Source: Candidatus Falkowbacteria bacterium RIFOXYC2_FULL_36_12 (lineage in GTDB: Bacteria > Patescibacteriota > Patescibacteriia > UBA11705). Taken from it: 64,000 bases of DNA. The stretch lies in NCBI GenBank assembly GCA_001778235.1, contig MFGJ01000007.1, forward strand, positions 264,331 to 328,330. Direction: 5' to 3'. This document shows positions 46,807 to 55,640 of the stretch, piece by piece; the stretch's first letter is position 1, and every line of letters starts with the position of its first letter. The notes under the pieces are model-generated. The model was given only the letters and a program-made list of their open reading frames with translations. It made no database searches and was not told the DNA's origin. Position numbers and translations under genes: made by a program.

Positions 46807-47715
46807 TTATTTTTCCCATTGATAATTATTAAAAACCCAATCAGCCAAAACCTTGGTATCTTGAAATCGAGAATCAATTGTATTACTATTTAATACTACA
46901 AAAATAACTGGCTTATTTTCATGAGTAATCTCAACAGCCAAACAATAACCAGCTTCTGGCAGATAACCGGTTTTACCACCAATTAATTCATAACCATAGA
47001 TCTGACTATTTAAAAAACTGTCAATAAGAATATCTGTGCTGGTAATCTGACGGTTATTTTTTTTATTTAAAATATCAATTTCATATTTTGGCTGAATTAC
47101 TGTTTCCCGAATTTGGTTTTTCTGCAAAGCAAGATAAATTAATCTAGCAATATCTGAAGCGGTTGAAACATTGCCAGCTGAAAGACCGGTAGGATCGCTA
47201 AAATCAGTATTGTACAAACCTAATTCTTCGGCTTTATAATTCATCAGTTCAGTAAATTCCAAATTGGATAAACCAAGAGCTCGAACCAGGGCCATAATTG
47301 AATTATTATCCGAACTGATCAGAGCTGATTTCCACAAATCAATAAACTTCACCTGTTCTCCACGATAAATATGCGGATAAGCTCCGACTGTTTCATCAGA
47401 GGACATGAGTGTCACTTGTTTTTGCCAATCTGGATTTAAATCCAAAATAACCAAAGCAGTCATAATCTTTGTTATGCTGGCAATTGGTTGTTCCTCATTT
47501 GCATGTCTGCCGGCTAGGACTTTACCACTAGCAACATCGACGACTAAATATTTATTGGCAGTAATCTCTACACCAATGTTTTCAGGATTAATTCTCGCGG
47601 GCGTTGATACGACTGATTGATTTTCGGCAAGTGAAAGAAACTCTGTATTTTCTACAGAGTAAACATTATTTACAGAATGAATTAAGAGTAAACTAAGGAT
47701 TATATTGAGAAACAT
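46807..47715 (-). CDS. D-alanyl-D-alanine carboxypeptidase/endopeptidase (peptidase S11)
   Basis: SxxK (ASITK), SDN, KTG motifs; signal peptide. Confidence 0.92.
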   Translation of the reverse strand: MFLNIILSLLLIHSVNNVYSVENTEFLSLAENQSVVSTPARINPENIGVEITANKYLVVDVASGKVLAGRHANEEQPIASITKIMTALVILDLNPDWQKQVTLMSSDETVGAYPHIYRGEQVKFIDLWKSALISSDNNSIMALVRALGLSNLEFTELMNYKAEELGLYNTDFSDPTGLSAGNVSTASDIARLIYLALQKNQIRETVIQPKYEIDILNKKNNRQITSTDILIDSFLNSQIYGYELIGGKTGYLPEAGYCLAVEITHENKPVIFVVLNSNTIDSRFQDTKVLADWVFNNYQWEK

Positions 47716-47835
47716 AGAGGTAACATGGGTTAAAATGGTTAAATGGGATGTTTGAGCTTGAAGGGATTATCAAGAATTATTACTTATATTCAGGTCTTAT
47801 TTTCCCTTAAAATATGCACAATATCTCACCACCTC

Positions 47836-47864
47836 TTGACAACAAATGGCACATGTGATATAAT
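47836..47864 (+). promoter_or_regulatory. Consensus sigma70 promoter with no downstream ORF
   Basis: TTGACA-17bp-TATAAT. Confidence 0.75.
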
Positions 47865-47870
47865 GTAATA

Positions 47871-48072
47871 GTTAAATGAGTTTTCTTTGGGTTCGCCCAG
47901 AGAAAAGGGTTCGAAGCTAGGTCCGACTAATTCGGATAGGGAGAGTAATCTCCTAAAGATCCTAGTGGAGGCGTCCCTGACCGCAAGGTCAAAAAACAGC
48001 AGAGGCACGGTAAACAACCCGTGTCACTACCCCCAGAACGTGTTCGCATGTTCTGGGGGTCTTATTTTTTTA
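47871..48072 (+). ncRNA. Putative multibranched ncRNA (~200 nt), family unassigned
   Basis: UUCG, GUAA and GCAA tetraloop hairpins, 3-way junction closed by ctagg/cctag, terminator cccccagaac/gttctggggg + T tract. Confidence 0.72.
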
Positions 48073-48634
48073 GTTCTTGTACTTCTTCGGCTTGTCTGTT
48101 GTCTAAAAACTGCTCCAGATTTTCCACAACATGAAGTTTTTCATAATCAGGAAGTTCCTTGACTGAAACAATTCCTAGATATTTTAAAAATTCTGGAGTA
48201 ACACTAAAAAACAATTCAGGTTCTTCACCATCGGCCTGAACTAAACCACGGATTAACAAATTTCTTAAAATTAAACTGCAATTTACTCCTCGAATTTGTT
48301 CAATCACTGGCTTTGAGACTGGCCCGCGGTAAGCGATAATGGTCAAGGTCTCGAGTGAAGGCTGGGTTAATTCTCCGCTTCTATCGTCTTTTAAAAATTG
48401 TTTAATTAAATCAGAATTGTCAGCTGAAGTTGTAAACTGGTATTGGCCTTCGCTTTCAATCAGGACTATTCCCCTACTGGATTCGGAATATTCAACAAAC
48501 AGATTTTTTAATTCTTGTTCAACTGTTTCAAATTTTAATTCTGGTTGGGATTTTTTTAAAACATTAAAAATCGATCTTGAAGCAAGAGGCTTGATTGAAG
48601 CAAATAATAAACTTTCAATTTGAGAACGCAACAT
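48062..48634 (-). CDS. scpB: SMC-Scp complex subunit ScpB
   Basis: IESLLFAS, LETLTIIAYRGPVSK..IEQIRGVN, FLKYLGI..LPD. Confidence 0.94.
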   Translation of the reverse strand: MLRSQIESLLFASIKPLASRSIFNVLKKSQPELKFETVEQELKNLFVEYSESSRGIVLIESEGQYQFTTSADNSDLIKQFLKDDRSGELTQPSLETLTIIAYRGPVSKPVIEQIRGVNCSLILRNLLIRGLVQADGEEPELFFSVTPEFLKYLGIVSVKELPDYEKLHVVENLEQFLDNRQAEEVQELKK

Positions 48635-48637
48635 AAA

Positions 48638-49330
48638 TTATTTATTTTTTTCAAAAATTATATCGTCAAACAATTTGCTTTGTCTGACTATTAATTGTTT
48701 TTGTTTTACTAATTCAAGCATGGCGAGAAAACTGACAATAATATCAGATTTTGATTTGGCATCTTTTAATAATTCTTTTAAACTTGATTTTTCGGCGTGG
48801 GAAATAAAAGCTTGGAGATGCAGAATTTTCTGTTGTAGGCTTATGGTTTTGTCGAATAATTTTTGGGGGATTTTTACAAGGGGATCCAGTTTTTTCAAGA
48901 GATACATAAAAGACTGTTTTAAATTCTCTGCCGTAATATTGTCCGAAGGTGAAAATTCGACTGACAAATCTATTGCTGGCTTTATCCTGGAATACAAAAA
49001 CTTTTCTAGCTTAATCATTTCTGCTATTTTTCGGCTAGCATCAAGAAATTCCTTATAAATCTTCAATTGGGCTTCTAAATCATCAAAAATTTCCTCTTCT
49101 TCAAATATTGGCAAAATGGCTTTTGATTTCATTACCAGCAATCGTGCGGCCATGACTAAAAAATCTGATAACTCTTCAGGATCTTTGTCTTGGAGTTGCT
49201 CAAGATGTGAGATGTAACTGTCGGTAACTTGAGCAATGGAGATCTCTGTGATATCCAACTGCTGCTGATCAATTAATTGGAGTAATAAATCAAGCGGGCC
49301 ACTGAATTTTTCTGTTTTTATTTTGAACAT
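48638..49330 (-). CDS. scpA: Segregation and condensation protein ScpA
   Basis: FSGPLDLLLQLI, FLVMAARLL..KS, FLAMLELVK. Confidence 0.94.
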   Translation of the reverse strand: MFKIKTEKFSGPLDLLLQLIDQQQLDITEISIAQVTDSYISHLEQLQDKDPEELSDFLVMAARLLVMKSKAILPIFEEEEIFDDLEAQLKIYKEFLDASRKIAEMIKLEKFLYSRIKPAIDLSVEFSPSDNITAENLKQSFMYLLKKLDPLVKIPQKLFDKTISLQQKILHLQAFISHAEKSSLKELLKDAKSKSDIIVSFLAMLELVKQKQLIVRQSKLFDDIIFEKNK

Positions 49331-49335
49331 AATTA

Positions 49336-50763
49336 TTATTCACTAAGCTTCATGCCACGACTCTTGCTCTCTTCCCAGCCAGCAGAAGTAATGCGAATAA
49401 ATTCAGCATTTATCTGCATTTCTCGAATATTTCTAGCACCGCAGTAGCTAATACCGCTTCGCAACCCCTTGATCATGGACTGAATAATGTCACTAACAGG
49501 ACCCTTGTATTCAACTAAATTGCTAACTCCCTCGACATGAATATCTAATTTTTGTTTGTAACGCTTGCCATCAAGGTTTTCTTTTCGTTCATGATTGTTT
49601 TCATAAGAAGCACTGCCCATGTATCTTTTATATCGACGGCCATCCTTAAACATAATTATACCAGGAGATTCAGTAGTACCAGAAAAAATACTGCCACAGT
49701 AACCAGTACTTGCACCAGCAGCAATAGCCTTGGATAAATCACCAGAATATTTTATTCCACCATCAGCGCTAACAGGAATATTATATTCCTTGGCGACCCT
49801 TACAACATCCATGATGGCAGTCAACTGCGGAACTCCACTGCCAGAAATTATTCGTGTAGTACAAACAGGAGAAGGACCAATGCCAACTTTTAATCCATCT
49901 GCGCCAGCTAAAATCAAATCTTTGGCTGCGTCTGCAGTTGCAATATTACCGGCTACAACATCAATAGGAAAATTGGACTTTAATTCTTTTAATTTCTCAA
50001 TTGTTAAATCAGAATGGGCGTGCGCAATATCAAGGACAAGAACATCAACGCCAGCATTGACCAAGGCTCGAGCACGCTCAAGACAATCTTTTACGCCTAC
50101 GGCTGCGCCAACCATTAAACGGCCAAGGGAATCACGGCTAGAACTTGGCCAAGCTTCATGTTTCTTTATATCAATGGTTGTAATCAGTCCTTTGAGTTGA
50201 TTGTTTTCAAGTAATGGTAATTTTTCCACTCGATTTTTCTTCAAAATTTCTTTGGCATCTTCGAAACTGATGCCATATTCTGCGGTGATTAATCTTTCCC
50301 TCGGTGTCATCATGCTAGAAACAAGTTTCTGCATGTTAGTTTCAAATTGGTAATCCCGAGCAGTCAAAATTCCAATAACTTCGATGCCATCAACGACGAT
50401 CAAACTGGTTATATTGTGAGTACTCATTATGCCAAGCGCTGACTGCAAATCAATATTGGAATTGCAAGTAACTGGGTGATCAACAACAAAGCTGGTACTC
50501 TTTTTAACTTTTTTTACTTCTTCAACTTGCTCCTCAATGGTATTGAATTGGTGGATAATACCAAGACCGCCTTCACGGGCAAGGGAAATAGCCATCTCAT
50601 GTTCGGTAACTGTAGCCATGTTTGAACTGACAAGAGGAATATTCAGAGGAATATTTTTGGTAAAAAATGTCTTGACATCAGCTTCAGAGCGAGAATTAAG
50701 TGGTGTTTTTTTTGGCACGAGTAAAACGTCTGCATAGGTGTAGCCTGTGCGAATTTTTTCCAT
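49336..50763 (-). CDS. guaB: IMP dehydrogenase / GMP reductase family protein with CBS pair
   Basis: [45 protein letters not shown]; specificity uncertain. Confidence 0.8.
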   Translation of the reverse strand: MEKIRTGYTYADVLLVPKKTPLNSRSEADVKTFFTKNIPLNIPLVSSNMATVTEHEMAISLAREGGLGIIHQFNTIEEQVEEVKKVKKSTSFVVDHPVTCNSNIDLQSALGIMSTHNITSLIVVDGIEVIGILTARDYQFETNMQKLVSSMMTPRERLITAEYGISFEDAKEILKKNRVEKLPLLENNQLKGLITTIDIKKHEAWPSSSRDSLGRLMVGAAVGVKDCLERARALVNAGVDVLVLDIAHAHSDLTIEKLKELKSNFPIDVVAGNIATADAAKDLILAGADGLKVGIGPSPVCTTRIISGSGVPQLTAIMDVVRVAKEYNIPVSADGGIKYSGDLSKAIAAGASTGYCGSIFSGTTESPGIIMFKDGRRYKRYMGSASYENNHERKENLDGKRYKQKLDIHVEGVSNLVEYKGPVSDIIQSMIKGLRSGISYCGARNIREMQINAEFIRITSAGWEESKSRGMKLSE

Positions 50764-50793
50764 ATAATTTTTATATATAGCAATTTATTTTTC

Positions 50794-51090
50794 TTATTTT
50801 AAAGGTAGCTTTTTTTGCTCCCCCAACAATTTTTGTGTTTGTGTAAAGCCTTTTGCGGTTAATTTTACTTCTTCAATAAACCATTTATGTGGAGTTCGAC
50901 GACCATAGCCAATCAGCAATTCTTTGTTTATCAAGGTTTCAATTGAGCCAGTAATAATCTTCTGTTGAAGATATTTTTTGGCTTTTGAATTATTTTTGTA
51001 AAATTCAATGAATTTATCGCGCTTCAAACGACTGTTCTTGCGGTAATAACATTTTAGTAAAATGTATTTTTGCAATTGAGATAAACGCAT
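50794..51090 (-). CDS. Hypothetical basic protein (possible winged helix)
   Basis: MRLSQLQKYILL...SIETLINKELL.GYG...VKLTAKG. Confidence 0.6.
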   Translation of the reverse strand: MRLSQLQKYILLKCYYRKNSRLKRDKFIEFYKNNSKAKKYLQQKIITGSIETLINKELLIGYGRRTPHKWFIEEVKLTAKGFTQTQKLLGEQKKLPLK

Positions 51091-51111
51091 ATAATTTTTA
51101 GCAACACATAA

Positions 51112-51184
51112 CTTGTCATGATGAGGCTCTCGAAGCATAGACCAAGGATTTACTTCTACCATTCAAACAGCATCAGGCTGACAA
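51112..51184. repeat. Degenerate REP-like inverted pair
   Basis: ttgtcatgatgagg...catcaggctgacaa, resembling the GTCA-footed hairpins at 27250 and 52573. Confidence 0.4.
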
Positions 51185-51191
51185 CGGAAAA

Positions 51192-52550
51192 TTACTTTTT
51201 CTTTTCACCTTGTAATTTTGATAATGGTAAATCAATTCGTACTTGATCGCGAGGAAGAAAAGTTGCTTGTTTAATATTATTCAATCCAAGTAGGCTCATA
51301 GTCACTCTTTCAAGTCCCATACCGATTCCGCCGTGAGGTGGCATGCCGTATTTGAATGGTATTAGATAAAATTCAAAATCATCAGGATTCAAACCCCATT
51401 TGGTAATGTTGGCTTTTAATTTTTCATAATTATGAATACGCTGTCCGCCAGTAACCATTTCTTGTCCGCGGAATAGTAAATCAAAACTTTTTGTATAGCC
51501 TTTATCTTCTTCGTCTTCGGAAGTGTACATTGGACGCTTGGCAACTGGATAATGAGTGACAAAAAGAAAATCTGAATTCCAAGTTTTCTTGGTATACTCC
51601 CCTATTAATTTCTCCTGATGAGGTTCAAAATCTGGTTCGCCAAGACAATCTTCACCATATTCATCATGAAGAATCTGAAGAGCTTCATTTAACTTCATAT
51701 GTGGAAATTGTTCTGGCATTTCCGGCAAGGTAGCCTGCAAAGTTTTCAATTCTGCAGTATTATTTTCAGCCACTTTGCCAATCATGGCACGAACTGCTCC
51801 TTCGATCATTTGCATGATGTCATGATGGTCATGGATAAAGCCCATTTCAAAATCAAGTGAGGTATATTCGTTAATATGGCGATTGGTATCATGTTCTTCG
51901 GCTCGATAAACCTGCCCAACAGTAAAAGCCCGTTCAAAAACTCCGACTGCCATTTGTTTGTAAAATTGTGGACTCTGGGCGAGATAAGCTTTATAGCCAA
52001 AATAATCCAAAGTAAAAAAGTTTGCTCCACCCTCGGTTGCTCCGGCGACTAATTTGGAACATTGGAACTCGGTAAAATCTTTTTGTTTCATATAGGCACG
52101 AAAACCATCAAGTAATGATTCCTGAACTTTGAAAATAGCTTTTTCATCTTCCCGACGAAGATTTAATGGCAAATAATCAAGTAATGTGTCAGTTTTCAAT
52201 TCTGCATCATTTAAATCATACGGCAAAGTTTCAGCTTCAGCTAAAATTTCAAAACTCTTTGCCAAGACTTCGACTGTACCTGTTGGCAAGTCAGTATTGG
52301 TTTGTTTGGCACCTCGATTATTAATGATTCCTTTGATTGACAAGACAAATTCTGGACGGAGTTTGGTCAGTAACTCTTTGGAAGTTTCATCAAGCTCTGA
52401 TGGCACCATTACAACCTGAAGCACAGCGCTACGATCACGCAAATCAATAAAAACGATCTTGCCCATGTTGCGCCGAGCAGCTACCCAGCCTTCAACAAGA
52501 ACTTCCTCCCCGATTTTTCCCACTGTTTGTAAATTTAGTGTTCGTTCCAT
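51192..52550 (-). CDS. aspS: Aspartyl-tRNA synthetase, archaeal/non-discriminating type
   Basis: FIDLRD, TEGGA, LAQSPQFYKQ, YRAEEH...RH, GGQRIH, GMPPHGG.GMGLER; no GAD insertion. Confidence 0.92.
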   Translation of the reverse strand: MERTLNLQTVGKIGEEVLVEGWVAARRNMGKIVFIDLRDRSAVLQVVMVPSELDETSKELLTKLRPEFVLSIKGIINNRGAKQTNTDLPTGTVEVLAKSFEILAEAETLPYDLNDAELKTDTLLDYLPLNLRREDEKAIFKVQESLLDGFRAYMKQKDFTEFQCSKLVAGATEGGANFFTLDYFGYKAYLAQSPQFYKQMAVGVFERAFTVGQVYRAEEHDTNRHINEYTSLDFEMGFIHDHHDIMQMIEGAVRAMIGKVAENNTAELKTLQATLPEMPEQFPHMKLNEALQILHDEYGEDCLGEPDFEPHQEKLIGEYTKKTWNSDFLFVTHYPVAKRPMYTSEDEEDKGYTKSFDLLFRGQEMVTGGQRIHNYEKLKANITKWGLNPDDFEFYLIPFKYGMPPHGGIGMGLERVTMSLLGLNNIKQATFLPRDQVRIDLPLSKLQGEKKK

Positions 52551-52572
52551 ATTTTTAAGTCAACATCTTCAC

Positions 52573-52675
52573 TTGTCATCCTGAACTTGTTTCAGGATAT
52601 AATTGAATAGCTGATTTATTTTTCTAAATACCCTGAAATATCTGCCTGTCGGCAGACAGGAATTCAGGGTGACAA
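52573..52675. repeat. Inverted REP-like pair; second copy carries a 20-bp palindromic insert (52641-52660)
   Basis: ttgtcatcctgaacttgtttcaggat ... ccctgaaata[tctgcctgtcggcagacagg]aattcagggtgacaa. Confidence 0.82.
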
Positions 52676-52684
52676 AATTATTAT

Positions 52685-53980
52685 TTAAGGATTTAAACGA
52701 TTTATCATTCTTGGAAATGGAATAGTTTCACGGACATGGTGAATCCCTGCCATCCAACGGGTCAATCGTTCAATCCCCATACCAAATCCGCAATGTGGTA
52801 CGCTACCATATTTTCGTAAATCCAAATACCATTCAAAATCTTCCATTGGTAATTTTGCCTCTACCATTCTTTGTTTCAAAATTTCATAATCGTCCTCTCT
52901 TTGTGACCCACCAACAATCTCACCAAAACCTCGAGCTGCGAGAATGTCGGCATTCAAAACCAGCTCTGGATTTTCAGGATGACGCTTCATGTAGAATGGT
53001 TTGATATCTTTTGGCCAGTTCTTTACAATCACAGGCACCGCAGAATCATTGGTCAATAATTCTTCATCATCCGCTCCAAGATCATCACCGTATTTAATGT
53101 CTGAACCGCGTTTTTGAAGCTCTTCAATGGCCGCGCCGTATTCGTAATGAATAAAAGGCTGATCAACTATGGCTTGGAGTTCTGTGGTATCGCGATCCAA
53201 CATCTTCAATTCTTCCAGACCGTACTCCAAAACATATTTCGCTAAATATTTCACCGCTGCTTCTTGAATTTTCAAACTGTCTTCATGCTCGCAAAAAGCG
53301 ATTTCAGGATTGAGTGACCAGAATTCTGTTAAATGCTTTCTGGTTTTTGATTTTTCCGCTCGAAAATTGGGACAGAGATCATAAACCCTGCCGAATGACA
53401 TGACCAAGGCTTCCAAATACAGCTGTCCGTTTTGAGTTAGATAAGCTTTGCGGTCAAAATATTCCACTTCAAACAAATCCGAAGTCCCCTCACAGCTGGT
53501 TGGCGTAAATGTTGGAGTATCCAATTCCTGGTATCCATTTTGATTAAAAAATTCCTGTAGCCCCATTTTGACCAAATGTCTAATTCTAAGCACTGCCCAC
53601 TGACTCTGGGATCTGAGCCACAAATGTCTGTTGTTGAGCAGAAAATCTGGGCCGTGTTCTTTTTTTCCGATTGGATATTCTTCAGCCAACTGGATGATTT
53701 TAATTGTTTTGACTTGTAATTCAAAAACTTCAGGATTTTTTGGATGCTGTGATACCGTGCTACTAATCTCAACTGAAGATTCAATGGTCAATCTTTCAAT
53801 TTCAAACCAAACATTGTCATCAACCTCATCTTTGCTGGCAACGGCCTGGCAAAAACCAGAGCCATCTCGTAGCTGAAGAAAGGCAATTGAACCTGATGAG
53901 CGGAAATTATAAACCCAACCTTTAAGTGTGATCTCCTGATCTTTGTAATTTTTTAAATCTTTAATATAACAGTTTTGCAT
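52685..53980 (-). CDS. asnS: Asparaginyl-tRNA synthetase
   Basis: FLQLRDGSG, YLTQNGQLYLE, FRAEKSKTRKHLTEF, GGSQRE, YGSVPHCGFGMGIER. Confidence 0.95.
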   Translation of the reverse strand: MQNCYIKDLKNYKDQEITLKGWVYNFRSSGSIAFLQLRDGSGFCQAVASKDEVDDNVWFEIERLTIESSVEISSTVSQHPKNPEVFELQVKTIKIIQLAEEYPIGKKEHGPDFLLNNRHLWLRSQSQWAVLRIRHLVKMGLQEFFNQNGYQELDTPTFTPTSCEGTSDLFEVEYFDRKAYLTQNGQLYLEALVMSFGRVYDLCPNFRAEKSKTRKHLTEFWSLNPEIAFCEHEDSLKIQEAAVKYLAKYVLEYGLEELKMLDRDTTELQAIVDQPFIHYEYGAAIEELQKRGSDIKYGDDLGADDEELLTNDSAVPVIVKNWPKDIKPFYMKRHPENPELVLNADILAARGFGEIVGGSQREDDYEILKQRMVEAKLPMEDFEWYLDLRKYGSVPHCGFGMGIERLTRWMAGIHHVRETIPFPRMINRLNP

Positions 53981-54158
53981 AAAATTCTAGTTAATTTACA
54001 TACAAAATTATAACTTAATTTGTTTGAATTGTAAAATATTTCTTGACTTTTAAGGTAAATAATTTGATAATATATTATTAATTGCTTTTATTTTGACTTT
54101 TTGATTTAGATAGCATAAATTGAAGAATAAGTTCCTTGACCCAGCGCGGAGGAAGGCC

Positions 54159-55052
54159 ATGAACGGAGAAAAATTTACAACTTTAAAAGTAAGAAAAGTT
54201 AGACCTGATGCAAAAATTCCGATTAGAGCTAGTGATGGAGCGATTGGATATGATGTTTATGCTTCAATTGTCTTTCATTCATATGACAAAAAACAAACAG
54301 CTGAACTTCCTATTGTCATTAACCCAGGGGAAAAAGCTCTTATTGGTATTGGTGTAGCCATGGCAATTCCCTGGCCGTTTCAGGCTGAGGTCAGACCTCG
54401 AAGCGGTATTGCAACTAAATTCAAAGTTCAACTACTTAATTCTCCGGGGACAATTGATCCTGATTTTCGCGGTGAAGCTGGCTGTTTGCTACACAATGTT
54501 GGAGACACGCCATTTACTGTGGAGAAAGATATGCGGATTGCACAACTTATTTTTACTAGAGTAGAAATTCCAGAGATTGTAGAAGTTGACGAATTACTTG
54601 ACACGAAAAGATCTGCTGGCGGATTTGGACATACTGGTTTAATAGGTGAAGGTCTTGGGACGGAACAATATGATAATGAAATTGAAGCAATTGACAGAAC
54701 TTATTTGGAAATTGCCCAAGCAATTGGGAAAAGAACACCTGCCCAACAAGGTTGCGTGATTGTACAAGACGATACGATTATTTCCCAAGGTTATTGTCTC
54801 GTCAACCAAGAAGATGAAGTGCTTATTTCAGCAGAAATGGATGCAGTGTTTCGTTCAGCAAAACTGGGTCATTCGACTAAAAATGCTACCATGTATTTAG
54901 CAACTAAATTGGTTATGGATGTCGACTCAATTATTAAGGCCGGAATCACAACTGTAGTTGTATTTAGCTTTGTGAACACTGGGGAATGGTGTGATCAACT
55001 ACAGAGTAATAATGTTCAGGTAAGATTTGTTAAAAATCTTAAATCAACTTAA
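54159..55052 (+). CDS. dut: dUTPase fused to a degenerate dCMP-deaminase-like domain
   Basis: GYD, RPRSG, GTIDPDFRGE, RIAQL, RSAGGFGHTG; C-terminal GCVIV..D.IISQGY...SAEMDAV. Confidence 0.85.
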   Translation: MNGEKFTTLKVRKVRPDAKIPIRASDGAIGYDVYASIVFHSYDKKQTAELPIVINPGEKALIGIGVAMAIPWPFQAEVRPRSGIATKFKVQLLNSPGTIDPDFRGEAGCLLHNVGDTPFTVEKDMRIAQLIFTRVEIPEIVEVDELLDTKRSAGGFGHTGLIGEGLGTEQYDNEIEAIDRTYLEIAQAIGKRTPAQQGCVIVQDDTIISQGYCLVNQEDEVLISAEMDAVFRSAKLGHSTKNATMYLATKLVMDVDSIIKAGITTVVVFSFVNTGEWCDQLQSNNVQVRFVKNLKST

Positions 55053-55080
55053 AAATAACGCTAAACAACGTTATTTTTTA

Positions 55081-55089
55081 TTATCCACA
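55081..55089. promoter_or_regulatory. DnaA box
   Basis: Perfect intergenic TTATCCACA. Confidence 0.35.
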
Positions 55090-55127
55090 ACTGACAATAA
55101 AGACAGCGTGTGTTAAGATATTGTTGT

Positions 55128-55517
55128 ATGGAAAATAGTCAAACTACAATTGAAGATGTTCTAAATGCTGTAAATACATCCGCGGAGCTAATGCAACAGC
55201 AAATAAATGAAATAAAGAGCACGATGGCAACCAAGGATGATATTGCAAACATGGCAACCAAGGATGATATTGCAAACATGGCGACCAAGGATGATATTGC
55301 AAACATGGCGACCAAAGATGATTTGGCTAATTTGGTGACCAAAGATTATCTTGATGAAAAACTGGCTGATCTGCGAGGTGATTTGGTTGTACTTACCCGC
55401 AAAGAAGACACGAAGCTAAAACGGCTAGTCAATATTATGACTAATAAAAATATGCTTTCCTCTGAAGAAAAAGCAGAAATTTTTGCTTTGGAACCTTTTC
55501 CAGAAACACGGTTGTAA
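55128..55517 (+). CDS. Hypothetical coiled-coil protein with MATKDDIAN repeats
   Basis: ORF with five 9-aa units. Confidence 0.75.
   Translation: MENSQTTIEDVLNAVNTSAELMQQQINEIKSTMATKDDIANMATKDDIANMATKDDIANMATKDDLANLVTKDYLDEKLADLRGDLVVLTRKEDTKLKRLVNIMTNKNMLSSEEKAEIFALEPFPETRL
55224..55358 (+). repeat. 27-bp coding tandem repeat x5
   Basis: atggcraccaargatgatattgcaaac units at 55224, 55251, 55278, 55305, 55332. Confidence 0.9.
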
Positions 55518-55640
55518 AACTTTATTAAATTATAAATACAAACATGACTCTTACGAGTCAGGTTTTTTTATTATAAAAAAATCGTACATCAGCGTACGAC
55601 TTTTGATTTAGATTGCTTTCAATAAATACTTTTAGGGATA

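Noticed and set aside
47871..48072. RNase P RNA (contains GGCACGGTAAAC as in E. coli rnpB)
   Set aside because: Lacks the GAGGAAAGTCC and 3' CGGCTTA P4 motifs and is too short
51192..53980. Adjacent archaeal-type aspS and asnS as a novelty
   Set aside because: Intact housekeeping genes; this AspRS type is known in bacteria, including CPR
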